Made by a program: the position numbers and the translations under genes. DNA of 64,000 bases from Eledone cirrhosa (Eukaryota). Under the pieces are notes generated by a model, which was given only the letters and a program-made list of their open reading frames with translations, made no database searches and was not told where the DNA came from. Positions within the stretch are counted from its first letter, which is position 1. Each line of letters opens with the position of its first letter. The DNA lies in NCBI GenBank assembly GCA_964016885.1, contig CAXHJY010001155.1, positions 124,001-188,000 of the forward strand. Direction: 5' to 3'. Shown here piece after piece: positions 13,497 to 27,911 of the stretch.

Positions 13497-13820
13497 TTAC
13501 GTCCGCTTTTTCCCTGCTTGCAAGGGTGGGACGGGAACTGATTCTGGCTTGATTTCTACAGCTGGATGCCCTTCCTAACACCAACCTCATTTACAGTGAG
13601 TGCTGGGTGCTTTTTTGCCGTGGCACCTCCATGACCACTTTACAGTGGAATGATATGGACCCCAGTCCCTATCATCTCATTTCTACAGCTGAGTAAACTG
13701 GAGCAATGTGAAATAAAGTGTGTTGCTCAAGGAAACAACACATCACCCGGTCTGAGAATTGAACTCACAACCTTTCGATTGCAAGGCCAATGCTCTAACC
13801 ACTAAGCCATGTGCCTCCAT
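13497..13820 (-). mobile_element. Young composite SINE (tRNA-like head, central domain, RTE-type tail)
   Basis: Head ggaggcacatggcttagtggttagagc...gagttcaattctc (A/B boxes); near-identical to 63057-63380. Confidence 0.85.
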
Positions 13821-14094
13821 ATATATATAAATAAATGACAGCATAGAAAATGGTCATAAAATAGTGATGATGATATATGTAATTGTGTGCATGCATGTGT
13901 TTGTTTCTCTAACTTAGTGGTTTGACAGAAAGAGATTAACAAAATAAGTATTGGGGCTGATATGATCACCTAAAGTTCCATTAACTCTGTAACCCAGAAT
14001 GGCTACAATCTAATAACTGAAACAAATAAAATAAAAAAAAAAAAAGAATATAAGAATGTGTAAATATATTTTCTGTTTTCTATTCATAGATGCA

Positions 14095-14460
14095 ATCCTT
14101 CAAAAATACTTCAGACATTATGAAAGACACCTGTCAAGAATTACAAGTGAAGAGAACCCAGGGAGAGTAGAGTTACAATCACTGCAAGAAATAATTACGG
14201 AATGACAGTTCTTTCTGGCTGGCCACATTCTCCATCCAGCTAATCACTGCATTTGAAACCGGTGATAACTTGGTCACCTAGTTGAGGCAAATAGAAAAAG
14301 GTTAAACGGAAGATCACCTGGTGGCAGACATTTCAAGACAATGTGAAGGCTATCAACATCCTTTGGAATGGATGTGGAAAAGTATCAGTGGATCATATGC
14401 ATTGGAGAATCTTGTCGCCAAATGCGTAACCCAGCACAATATGATCTGCGACTAAGACTA
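14095..14460 (+). mobile_element. Old decayed LINE 3' end (RTE-like)
   Basis: Residual LAGHILH...KRKITWWQTFQDNVKAINILW...HWR motifs. Confidence 0.55.
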
Positions 14461-15091
14461 TTTATAGATTTGGTAAAGAGAGAAGACTATTTATAGATTT
14501 GGTAAAGAGAGAAAGAGAAGTATTGCAATTAAAAGGAATAAAACAAACTTAAAACTATAACATTTAAGAGATAGTTATTGTTATAACTGAGGCATTGCTT
14601 GTTTCATAACATTTTTTTATAAGGTCAGAATTAAATTTTAATATTGATGATTCAATCTCTGTCTCCATGGGCTCTTAACATCTGACAGAGTCAGAGAGGC
14701 ATTTGAACCTTGCAGACCCAATCCATCTCCAGATCAGAAGATAGCTGGTTGTTTCCAGAGAAAAGAAGTGAGTGCAAGAGAGTAAAGGGGATGAGATACT
14801 GAGGAAGAAACAACCCCAGTATTGAACTGGTACTTTTTTTAACCTCGAAAGGATGAAAGGCAAAGTTGACTTTAGAGGCACTTGAACTTAGAGCTCAAAT
14901 GACCAGATCCAATACTGCAATTCACCACCTCAGCTTCAAATAATAACAAGGTTGTTGTAAATGAGAGAACTGCATTGTGAATACCATTTAATGTTAGAAC
15001 TTAAAACCCAAACATGAAAAGTTACATGATTAGATCGAGAAGCTGAGATTCTGTAATAAAATATATTTCGTCACAATAAATGAATTTCAAT

Positions 15092-15139
<48 letters not shown>

Positions 15140-16907
15140 GAGAGAGAGAGAGGTGTATATGATGAAAACATATATAAACATATTGTATGTTTACATACAC
15201 TAAACATATTGGTAGTCTTACCAATTAAATCTTTTGGTTTAAAGCAGACACAAAAAATGATGATGATGATGATGATGACGATGATGATGATACACTGACT
15301 CCTGTGAAATTGTATTTGTTTTGTTTTCATAGAATTGGTAAAGAGAGAAGTTAAGGAATTTAAAAAAAATTAAATTAACTTATAACTACAACAGAACATT
15401 TTTAATGATGATGAAAGAAGAATTAAAAAATAGTTACTATTAAAACCAATTCTTTGCTTGCCTCATAAAATTCTAATTTTCAAATGAAATCAAGGTTTAC
15501 AAATATATTTTTTAATATACACCAACATAAACTGATAAGTTTCCAGAGAAACTAAGCAAGTTTGGAAATTTGAAATAAATTATTGTGTACAGTGCTCAGG
15601 TGCACTACAATTCATCAAAGGTGCATGTATAGTACATAGAATAATGTACAAATATCAGGACAGTGAACAGAGTATAAGTCATGATATACATACATACATA
15701 CAGACACATACATTTTGTTATAATGCTTTGCTAATGAGGCTCTGTGTATAAAAATATGTTGAATGATACTGATACACATATATGTTTAAAAATATGTTGA
15801 TGAACGATAATGATAAACATATGTTAATGAAGGATATTAATATACATACATGTCTACAAAAAGCCTAAAGTCTGCTTTAATCCCAGAGGCACATTAGGCT
15901 GGTGCTTATCTCAGTTTCGCTAGTTTCCTTGGTGTTAAGTGACTACGAGTACTAGACTACCCCTTGACAGGACACCAGTCCATTACTGTGTTAAACTCTG
16001 AATTACTGTTGGTACTCATTTTCAGCTGAGTATATGGGAGCAACATGAAATGAAGTGTTTTGCTCATTAACATAACACAGAACGTTGTCCAGGAATCAAA
16101 CCTATGACATTATGGTTGCAATTCTAACACTCAAATCACTATGCATCACACACACATACATGCATACACATGTTATAACATTCCAACACATATTTGATGA
16201 CCATCAAACATGATGTGGTAAGGAAAGAAGAGCAATTACACTTGGAGATGGAACAAAGTGGACACTGGTTACAGCTGCATGGATGAACTCCAGCATGTCA
16301 CCGTCGACTTTTTTCTCTACCCAAAAGCTATTTACCCAGCTTTATAGTTAACATAAACTATGGCAGCTCTTCATAATAATAATTGTTTCTACTTTTGGCA
16401 CAAGGCCAGTACTTTATTTTATCGACCCTGTAAGGATGAAAGGTAAAGTTAACCTCGGCGAGATTTGAACTCAGAATGGCAAGGGCCGTAACTATGCGCG
16501 GCGTCCGACCCTCTACTGATACTGCCAATCCACCGCATAATATTCTTCTATTCTGATTCTGATTTTATATTGGCATCAACAAAGAAAAGGAACCCTAGTC
16601 TTAGTTTTAACATCCAGTAAAAGTCTGCAGTCATTTATTCTTTTAATGGTTTCAGTCAGTTGACTGTGACCACACTGGAGCACCACTCTGATTTAGTTGA
16701 TCATATCAATGCCAGTATTTATTTTTTCAAGTCTAGTACTTATTTTATTAATCTCTTTTTTATTAACCTGCCTAAGTTAAGAGACATAAACACAGGTATG
16801 GACAAACTTACACATATATACATACACAAACACACACACACACAAACATACATATATAAACATTATGCACCCAGTTTACTCTGTAAAACAATAGTAATGG
16901 TTCTAAA

Positions 16908-18760
16908 ATAAAATGCATCCAGTACACTTCCTAAGGTGGTAGTGCTGGTGCCATGATATAACGTACCTAATACACATGGTAAGTGGTAGTGCTGGTACCA
17001 TGATAAAATGTACCCAATACACAAGGTAAATGGTAGTGCTGGTGCCATGATATAACGTACCTAATACACATGGTAAGTGGTAGTGCTGGTACTATGATAA
17101 AATGTACCCAATACACATAGTATCTGGTAGTGCTGGTACCATGATAAAATGTACCCAATACACATAGTATCTGGTAGTGCTGGTACCATGATAAAATGTA
17201 CCCAATACACATGGTAAGTGGTAGTGCTGGTACCATGATAAAATGTACCCAATACACATAGTATCTGGTAGTGCTGGTACCACGATAAAATGTACCCAAT
17301 ACACATGGTAAGTGGTAGCTCTGGTACAATTATAAAATGTACCCAATACACATGGTAAGTGGTAGCGCTGGTACCATGATAAAATGTACCCAATACACAT
17401 GGTAAGTGGTAGTGCTGGTACTATGATAAAATGTACCCAATACACATAGTATCTGGTAGTGCTGGTACCATGATAAAATGTACCCAATACACATGGTAAG
17501 TGGTAGTGCTGGTACCACGATAAAATGTACCCAATACACATGGTAAGTGGTAGTGCTGGTACTATGATAAAATGTACCCAATACACATAGTATCTGGTAG
17601 TGCTGGTACCATGATAAAATGTACCCAATACACATGGTAAGTGGTAGTGCTGGTACCATGATAAAATGTACCCAATACACATGGTAAGTGGTAGTGCTGG
17701 TACCACGATAAAATGTACCCAATACACATGGTAAGTGGTAGTGCTGGTACTATGATAAAATGTACCCAATACACATAGTATCTGGTAGTGCTGGTACCAT
17801 GATAAAATGTACCCAATACACATGGTAAGTGGTAGTGCTGGTACCATGATAAAATGTACCCAATACACATAGTATCTGGTAGTGCTGGTACCACGATAAA
17901 ATGTACCCAATACACATGGTAAGTGGTAGCTCTGGTACAATTATAAAATGTACCCAATACACATGGTAAGTGGTAGCGCTGGTACCATGATAAAATGTAC
18001 CCAATACACATGGTAAGTGGTAGTGCTGGTACTATGATAAAATGTACCCAATACACATAGTATCTGGTAGTGCTGGTACCACGATAAAATGTACCCAATA
18101 CACATGGTAAGTGGTAGCTCTGGTACAATTATAAAATGTACCCAATACACATGGTAAGTGGTAGTGCTGGTACCACGATAAAATGTACCCAATACACATG
18201 GTAAGTGGTAGTGCTGGTACCATGATATAACGTACCTAATACACATGGTAAGTGATAGTGCTGGTACCATGATAAAATGTACCCAATACACAAGGTAAAT
18301 GGTAGTGCTGGTACCATGATATAACGTACCTAATACACATGGTAAGTGGTAGTGCTGGTACCATGATAAAATGTACCCAATACACAAGGTAAGTGGTAGT
18401 GCTGGTACCATGATAAAATGTACCCAATACACATAGTATCTGGTAGTGCTGGTACCATGATAAAATGTACCCAATACACATGGTAAGTGGTAGTGCTGGT
18501 ACTATGATAAAATGTACCCAATACACATAGTATCTGGTAGTGCTGGTACCATGATAAAATGTACCCAATACACATGGTAAGTGGTAGTGCTGGTACCATG
18601 ATAAAATGTATCCAATGCACATGGTAAGTGGTAGTGCTGGTACCATGATAAAATGTACCCAATACACATGGTAAGTGATATTGCTGGTACCATGATAAAA
18701 TGTACCCAGTACATATGGTAAGTGGTAGTGCTGGTACCATGATAAAATGCATCCAGCACT
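16908..18760. repeat. 47-bp minisatellite, ~39 copies, grown inside a SINE/LINE tail
   Basis: Unit aaaatgtacccaatacacatggtaagtggtagtgctggtaccatgat with recurring variants; grades into normal SINE tail sequence (gttaagaagggcatccag) at ~18820. Confidence 0.95.
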
Positions 18761-19458
18761 CTGTAAGTGTTAGTGTCAGGAGAAAATGCACACAGTATAC
18801 TCTGAAATGTAGTTGATGTTAAGAAGGGCATCCAGAAACCCTGCCAAATATGGATGGTATTAGGTAAACAAGATATCTCTAACACATCTTGTCAGACTGT
18901 GACAACTAGTACAACCGTTGCCAACATGGAAAGCAGATGTAAAATAATTGTTTCTACTGTTGGCACAAGGCCAGCAATTACCCAGTGTATTACTGGTACT
19001 TTATTTTATCGACCCCGTAAGGATGAAAGGCAAAGTTAACCTCGGCGGGATTTGAACTCAGAATGGCAAGGGCCGTAAAATAATAACAAACAAACACACA
19101 CACACACACTACACAACAGGCTCCTGTCCTTTCTATCTACCAAATTTCCCTCACAAGGTGTTAGTCAATCTGAAGGTATAGTAGAAGCCACATGTCCAAT
19201 GTGCCATGCAGTGGAAGTGAACCTAAAATCATGTAGTTGTGAAAGCACAATCCTTAACCACACAACCATGCCAGCACCCTTTGTACATATGTAAATAGCT
19301 TTTTGTGAGGAATGATGTTTGTTCCAGAAAATGGAATTGTATCATTCCATTTTATATATTACAGGCATCAGAACAGGAATGGAATGACATTAAAGAACCA
19401 GCTTAATTGCCCACTTAGTCAAATTCAGGTGTTATTTCAAACATGCTCTTTTTATTGC

Positions 19459-19483
19459 TATATATATATATATATATACACAC

Positions 19484-19524
<41 letters not shown>

Positions 19525-19652
19525 CACATATCATCATCATCATCGTTTTACGTCCGTTCTTCCACGCTAGCATGGGTTATATATATATACACATATATAT
19601 ATATATACATATACACATATATACATATACACATTTATATATATATACATAT

Positions 19653-19691
<39 letters not shown>

Positions 19692-20587
19692 CACATATAT
19701 ATATACATATACACATATATATATACATATACACATATATATATACATATACACATATATATATATACATATACACATATATATACACACATATACACAT
19801 ACACATATATATACACATATATATATATACACATATATATATATACATATACACATATATATATATATACATATACACATATATATATATATACATATAC
19901 ACACACATATATATATACATATACACATGTATATACATATACACACATATATATGTATATACATACACACATATATATATATATATACATACACACATAT
20001 ATATATATATACATATACACACATATATATATATATACATATACACATATATATATATATACATATACACATATATATATATATACATATACACATATAT
20101 ATATATATACATATACACATATATATATACATATACACACATATATATATACATATATACATATATATACATATACACACATATATATACATATACACAC
20201 ATATATATACATATACACATATATATATATATATATATATGTGTATGCACATATATATACATATACACACATATACACATATATATACATATACACACAT
20301 ATATATACATATACACAAACACATTTATATACATATACACACATATACATATACACATATATATACATATACACATACATATACACATACACATACATAT
20401 ATATATATATATGTATATATACAATAATTTCATTATTATTATATATATATATTCATATATATGTGTGTGTGTATATCTGTATATGCATAAATATATATAT
20501 AAGTGTGTGTGTGAATATATATATATATGTGTGTATGTGTGTGTGTGTATGTATATATATATTTCAATTATACACACATACTCACAA

Positions 20588-20622
<35 letters not shown>

Positions 20623-20670
20623 CTATTTTATATGTATATAAATATATATATATATATATATATACATATA
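19459..20670. repeat. Compound (TA)n/(CA)n microsatellite, ~1.2 kb, with a short embedded SINE tail
   Basis: Low-complexity tacatatacacatata repeats; source of the YI/HT ORFs. Confidence 0.95.
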
Positions 20671-23134
20671 AAATAGTATTTGAATGAAAACATCTATTTG
20701 CACAATGGCATGTTTTTGTTCTCGATATTGTTTCCATTTTCTATATAAACGAGTTTGGCATGCAGCCACACAACCATAACCAGTGTTTCAATTATTCATG
20801 CTTACCTACACCAAACATCATTAAACCTGTTGTTAACAGTTCACAATCAAACATTATTCTATGTACAGCTGTGTATTGGCACTAATAGGGTTGAACTAAA
20901 ACATAGAACATGTGTATGTTTAGTAGCAGCAGCAGCAGGTGTAATCTACACATTACTATATCAGTTTTACCTCTAGTTTTCATGCTTGCATAGGTTAGAT
21001 GGGTTGTTATGGTCTGAGCTTAAGCAAGTCACATGACTGCATTTCACTCATAATTTCCATTCTAGCATGGTTTTCATGGATGGATGTCCTTCCTAACACC
21101 AACAACTTCACAGTATGTACCAGGTCTATTTTATCATTGTATGTAAGAAACTTTAACTTACATGCCAAACACTGAATGAGAAAGTTAGTTATACTGTCAA
21201 ATCCTTCAAATTCTTGATTATCTTAAAATTATGGCAATGAAAGCATTAACAAACTGGAGAAGTTGAATAGTAAGAGCCAGTCTATGTAATATTTAGAATG
21301 TTGAACTTTCTTTCACAAACAGGCCAGAACAAGTGTGTAGTCAAAGGGAGGGCTGAATCATTATCACTATCATCATCATCATCATCATGACAATGGCCAC
21401 CACCATCATCATCATCATCATCATCATTTTAATGCCCCTCTTTTCCATGCTTCCATGGGTCGAGATGTGACATTTTGAGATATGTTTGTTACAGTCAGTT
21501 TAATGCCCATCCTAATGCTAAACCATGACTTATTTTAAGTATGGAATGGACCTCCTTCAGTTTCAACGATGAGTGTTTAGTTGTTTTATCAATGGAATAG
21601 CTGGCTCATAAAATTAATGTGTAAGTGGCTGAGTATTCCACAAACATTAATGTCATTATCAGGAAGATAAATTATCAGTGTGTAACATGGCTGGCACTTT
21701 CAATTACACATACATTTCAAACTCCCAACTAGTTTCCATTTACCTAATTTCCCTCACAAGGTATTAGTCAATATGAGGTTATCGTAGAAGATACTTACCA
21801 GGTGCCAAACAGCGTAACTGAACCCAGAACCACATACATGTATATATATGTGATGGCCATGACAAAAAGTGCCCAGCCTACACTGCAAAGCGGTCATCAT
21901 AGCAACACAGCAAAAAGCACCCAGCGCACACTGTAAAGTGGTTATGTAGACATAATGACAAAGAGCACCCTGTCCATGCTGTAAAGTGGTCATGTAGGTG
22001 TCATGGCAAAAAGCACCCAGTACTCACTGTAATTAAGGTTGGCACTAGGAAGGGCATCCAGCTGTAGAAACCAAGCTAATATCAGTTCTGTATGAGCAAG
22101 ACATGGTCACCTGACATGGCATTGCTTAGAACAGGATAAATCCTCTAACCCATACCAGCATGGAAAAATGGACGTTAAATGATGATGTATGAGTATGTGT
22201 GTGCACAATGAGCTCCTGAAAATTCCGCTCACAAGGTATTGGCCTTGTGCGTGTGTTATATCCACAATTAGATGTTGGAATGTAAACTTTACAATTCCCA
22301 TAACATTTATAATTTATATTCAATTTAGCAATAGATCCATGGATATTACACATTCAATTAGTTGGATATTTAAATTTGGATTGGGGAGAGCCGTTTCATT
22401 TTCTCACATAGAAACTCACTCATGCTTATTCATGCGTATATATATATCAGTGTGTACTTGTGTGAATGCACAATTATATGTGGAAACATATGTATAACAC
22501 TTTACACTAGTACACCTACATGCCGACACACATATATGTATATATATATTTATATACATATACACACACATACATGAGTCATAGACACACAAATTCACAC
22601 ACATATATATATACATATATATACTAGTAGTGTACCCATAAAAAATAATGGAATATATTGTAAAGACTGGTTAATTAAATAATTCCTTTTTTACAACATT
22701 CAAAGTGAAAAGGCTTGAATGCCTGAGTTTTCCTAAACCTTCATAATTTTCAACCTGTTTTCTACTTCCAACACATAAGTAAGTAGATAAAAAGACAGAT
22801 AAATAGTTGTTGTTATTCTTATTGCTTCAATGCTGTATTACCAACTAACCCTTCTATATGGCTGTTGTTTTGGTGGTGATGTGAACACCCAAAAAAATAA
22901 CAGGAGATGGAGGGAGTTGGATAATCCTGTGTGCGTTCCACATAGAAAGAGAGATAAAGGGGAGAGGGAGATAGATATTCAAAAAAGAGAAAACATCCCT
23001 TTCATATTCTTCATTTCCTTCTCTCTCGTTTTCTGGACTCATGGCAAAGAATAACATTTGTTACATATCAAAATCATGAACATATCGACAATTGGATTGA
23101 ATTTGTAGTTTTTGCAGTACATTTAACTACAAAA

Positions 23135-23380
23135 CATAGTCTAATAATAGGGTATAAAAGCCTCCAAACAAGAAAAAATGGGCATCACTATATGAGGGAA
23201 TCAAACCTACACCTCTTATTTTCAAAATACGGGTGCTATCCGATTATACTAAATTGTGGAATTAGTGGAATCAGCTAGTATACTTAATGCAAAAATAAAA
23301 GAATTTAGTTAAATTCCTGCATCCACTGATGCCCAATTTTTCTGTTCTAGGGGCTTTTGTACCCAGTTATTAGTTGGACA
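23135..23380. repeat. Diverged inverted repeat (~50 bp arms) enclosing a decayed tRNA-like head on the minus strand
   Basis: ctaataatagggtataaaagcc...gggcatca versus tgatgccc...ggcttttgtacccagttattag; between them tagtataatcgg...ggtttgattccc (A/B boxes). Confidence 0.5.
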
Positions 23381-24459
23381 AATGACTGGGTGCATATGGT
23401 ATTAAATAATTTTCAACATTGAAGGGTAATGACAAACCATAGAGAGTGCTAAAAATGGCTCCGAAGTTGTAGTCCAAAGCTGTACTAAAATCTAACAGAA
23501 ATACATATAAAATTCAGGCTTAATCAATACATAAAAATATATAGCAAGGAATACATATAGAAATGAGAAAACTCATCACTAGAGCAGCTGTTAAAAGAGC
23601 TAACTTAGGTCAAAGACAGTGATGACCAAACATGCCTCAGAGGACAGAGACCAGCAGCCAGTGGTCAACAGAGAAACAATTCACAAGATGGGTGACTGGC
23701 AGATGAAATATAGAACAGATTGAAGGAGGAGGCCAAGGAGAAGAGTGTTGGCACACAGAAATGACTGGAAGAAGGAATTAAAGATAGGATGTGTACAAGA
23801 TAAATTTACACATGCACATCTTCACCCTCATCAACTCTCAAACCAGCAAACTGGTTTCACACGATTTAATTGAATTTATTTATTCTACTAGAAAAACCTT
23901 TCTAGTGAAATATCATTTTTTAACTATATTTTAATTTTATTGCATAATTTTAACTTCATCAACTGTAAAAATTGAGTAATTACAATGATTAATTGTAAAA
24001 AATAAAAAAATATCTTGAAAAGAACAGTTTTATGAATTTTAACTTTTTTGCAAAAAGTTAATTAGTTATTAGACTTTTTTTTTTTAGTCAAACACAGCAA
24101 AAAACTACTTATTCAATTCAATTTTCCATCACCATGATCTTAAACAAATGTAATGTTTATATGTCTATATATATATATCATCATCATCATCACTGTTTAA
24201 CATCCATTTTCCACGCTAGTATGGAATGACCCTGTTTTGCACATATATCTCTATATAAAATATATAAGCTCATGATTGGGAATCAAACTCTAACCACAAA
24301 ACCATATATATATATATATATATATGTATGTATTACAAGGACAATTTTCTGGTATGTTTACATATTTCTATATATGAAAAATGTGTATATGTATATACAC
24401 ATTGGCACAGTATTGATTACCCACTTTCTGTCTATATATAGATATAACTTTATATACAA

Positions 24460-24503
<44 letters not shown>

Positions 24504-24949
24504 ATGATGATGATGATAATGGCTGCAATTCAATTTTGAGTAATACCATCGCTTGATACTTAAGCATGAGCATCACGGACGTGGCTTTTTAGTGCTGCTA
24601 GGTACTTGCCTACGGCCAGCCATGCTATGTATCACTAAAAAATGTCAAATGTGTTTGAGGCTTTTTTAAGTGAGAAAAAGCTTTGCACAGGGCCAATCCC
24701 ACTCTTTGAACATCGAATGCATTTTACCCACACAAAAAAAGACATGGTCTACATCATTGGAGACAAATTAAATTGCAAGTTTTATATCAGAGTGACCTTC
24801 TCCTAGAGTGATATCTTAATGAAGACTAGGAGTCTCTCGCTCCACAAAAAAAAAAAATCTCCCAGTATTTGGGTAGATGGATATATATGTGTATGTATAT
24901 GTGTGTGTATATGTATATGATGTATATATACTACTACTACTAAATTCAT

Positions 24950-25800
24950 CTACTTCTTTGTGGTGACATGATCAAATCTTTCCATTACACTCAAACAAGC
25001 ATTAACTGCTTCAGGCTTTCACCAAATAGTTCTGCATCTTCCTCAATGGCTCTCTCTAATGTCTTGAGAGGTCTTCTAATTTTACATTTCACATTAGTGG
25101 GCTCTCATAGTAAAAGTGTTGTGCAGGTTTGTTGCATCTATATAGTATCTTTCAATCTCTGTCCCCCATCAAGATACTGATTTCAGAATCAGAGTTTATG
25201 CCAGTATCCTCTCTGAGCATTTTTGGAAAGATCTTCATTCCGTCTCCTCTGCACCACCTCCCTCCTGATGGTGACCAAAATAAAAGCTTAGAAACCAGTC
25301 AGTCCTCAGCTCTGTGGCACCTTCTGTGTAATGATAGGCATGGGTGTAGCTCTCTATGATATCTTTTGCTGATGTTAAAAATTCTTCTGTATATTGCATC
25401 TGTGTTATGATCCAAGTTTCTGTGCTGTATAATAGAATAATTTCTACACATGCTTTGGAAAATCTTAGTTTCAGTTTTCTGTCATGTTATATTCCCATAG
25501 TGTGTCTAGCTGGTTTATTACAGCCTGTGCGAGACCGTCCTTACATTAAAATCATCTTTGCTTTCTGGAACATATTTAAATTACTCCACCCAACCAAGGA
25601 TTTGACTAGTTAAGGATTTTGTTCAATAATCATCATTGATTCCATCTGTTACAAGTTGTGTTGTACTAGCATTAAGATGTAAACCAACTATATATGCTGT
25701 ATGTTCACACAATGTAATAAATCTTCATCTAGCTGCAATGATCCACTGATCAATGCAATGTCATCAGCAAAAACCAACTCCTTTAGTTGTTGGTATCCAG
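24950..25800 (-). mobile_element. Highly decayed LINE RT remnant
   Basis: ELVFADDIALI (RT catalytic motif) near 25755-25785 and a GRPLKT-like end; multiple stops. Confidence 0.6.
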
Positions 25801-26479
25801 TTCATCGACAACTAACAGGGAAGTGCAGGATATAAACTTGACGGACCTTTCAGCAACTATTTCATTCAGTCTACTTGACTTTTTACGCCTCAGCACTTCA
25901 TCATTCCTCACCCTGTCTCTCCATAACTTCAAGTTTCTACCAAAATTGCACCCAGTATACTCTGTAAAGTGATTGGTGTTAGGAAGGGAATACAGTTATA
26001 AAAAAAAAAAATTGACAAACAGAAGGTTGAGAGGACACGTCAGTTCTGTGCTGGTGCCACAATAAAATGCACACAGTACACTATTAAGTATTGGATATTT
26101 GAGAACAAGATGTGGGACCCCAGCCTGTCTGAGGGGTTAGGGGATCCAATTAAATACTGATTGGGCCAGTGATGGCCCCTCTAGCTCTTGCCAGTATGGA
26201 AGAATAGACGTTAAATTATGATGGTGATGATAATGTTAATGATGATATATCATTAAATAAAAACAATGGTAAATAGAAAAGCTGATGTACAGACAGATAC
26301 ATTCTCAGAATAAAACATTTGATTAGAATTCTATGTAGTGGCTGTTCTTCATGACAATCAATCCAGGAAACATATTCACTCATAACTGACAACAAATTTG
26401 AATTATATTGTAACTAAAACAATACAGTGAGAGTTAGTATTAGTAATAATACTACTAATAATAATAATAATGATAATAA

Positions 26480-26826
26480 TAATTGTTTCTACTTTAGGCA
26501 CAAGGCCAGTAATTACCCAGTACATTACTGGTACTTTATTGTATCGACCCCGTAAGGATGAGAAGCAAAGTTAACCTCGGCAGGATTTTAACTCAGACTG
26601 TAAAGGGACGTAACTCTCTGCTGCAAAGCATGGCGTCCGATTCTCTACCAAACTGCCAATCCACCACCCTTAACTAATAATTGTTTCTACTTTAAGCAGA
26701 AAGCCAGCAATTTGAAGGGGAGGGAAAGTCGATTAAATTGATCCCAGTGCATTACCGGTGCTTTATGTTATCAACCTCGTAAGGATGAAAGACAAAGCAA
26801 ACCTCAGCAAGATTAGAACTCAGAAC
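26480..26826 (-). mobile_element. Two adjacent SINE family A copies
   Basis: aattgtttctact...ggcacaaggccag...aaggatga...aaagttaacctcgg consensus. Further copies at ~16378, 18944, 29399, 30395, 31028, 34221(+), 41001, 54372(+), 54690(+). Confidence 0.8.
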
Positions 26827-27780
26827 ATTCACTATTAATAATAATAATTTCTTTATTGGTCACTAGGGCCTACATATACAATACAAAAAGACAGAGACAG
26901 TGGGAGTTTACAATAAAATTCAGTAAAAACTAATTAACAAAAACAATTAACAATAACATTACAACAATAAAATTCCCCAATAGGGGGAAATAATGCTAGA
27001 GATACAGAAACTAGAGCTGACTGGCACTATCCATGTCCTGATAGGGCACTATCAATTTAAATAACATGCAAAGACATTTACTGTTGTTTATGCCTTGATT
27101 GTATCATTGGAATACAAGTGTGTGTGTGGGGGGGGGGTATTCAAGGCCTAAGTGCAGGTGTTCTATACTATCACAAGTCACATCTTCACACCTTCCCTGA
27201 TCGTCATCCTGTCAAATCACACAATACTTACCATTTCATACTTGTCTCCCCTCCCCTATCGCTCCCACTTAACCCCCACTGAGCAGAGAAGGTGCTTCCG
27301 TTGAGCCAAGGCCCATTGACCTGTCAAGCATTGGTGCCACGTAAATGCACTTGCTACACCTTGAAGATGGTTGGTGACAGGAAGGGCATCCCATTGTAGA
27401 AAGCTTGCCAAACAACGAGTGGGGAAGACCCTTCAGTTATGCCAAAGACATGACAACTTCACTTGTGCTGCGGCACTCAATAGAACGCGAGACAGTACAT
27501 AAACTAAATGTAGACTCTCAGCCCATCTGGGAGGTCCATAGCCCTGCTTCATTACTGACTTTGTCTTTGACGATCTGTCAAATCCTGGCTTGCTGGGAAA
27601 ATGGGTGTTGAACAAGGATGATGATGACAGACCTGCCAACAACTTAAAAACCAAACAGGGAGTACCATGAAAAAAAAAGTACCCCAAAACGGGGAGAAAT
27701 GAGCCGAAGTGGGGAGATTTTACATAATGAAAGCTATACCCAAAGTGGGTGAGAGTCGACAAGTCTGATATATATATATA

Positions 27781-27911
27781 TAAGAAAATGTTTAAGCCCG
27801 ACGGCAGAGCTCAAGTCGTTTTAGGGCTATTTCTAGACTAAATTCTAATTTAGTCCAGAAATAGCCGTCGAAACGGCTTGAGCTCTGTCATCCAGGTTAA
27901 ATATTTTCCTA
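27781..27911. repeat. Fold-back palindrome (~64 bp arms, 2 nt loop) next to (TA)n, containing a hammerhead 3' half
   Basis: Arms centred on actaaatt-ct-aatttagt; right arm reads ...gccgtc-GAAAC-ggcttgagctct-GTC-atccagg. Confidence 0.8.

Noticed and set aside
16863-18885. Many overlapping ORFs up to 282 aa
   Set aside because: Artefact of the 47-bp array cycling through all three frames.
19312-20687. Long YI/HT-rich ORFs (up to 414 aa), also at 28.8, 44.2, 61.9 and 63.4 kb
   Set aside because: Translations of (TA)/(CA) microsatellites.
23190-23252. tRNA gene
   Set aside because: Only degenerate A/B boxes with no proper cloverleaf; a SINE head remnant.
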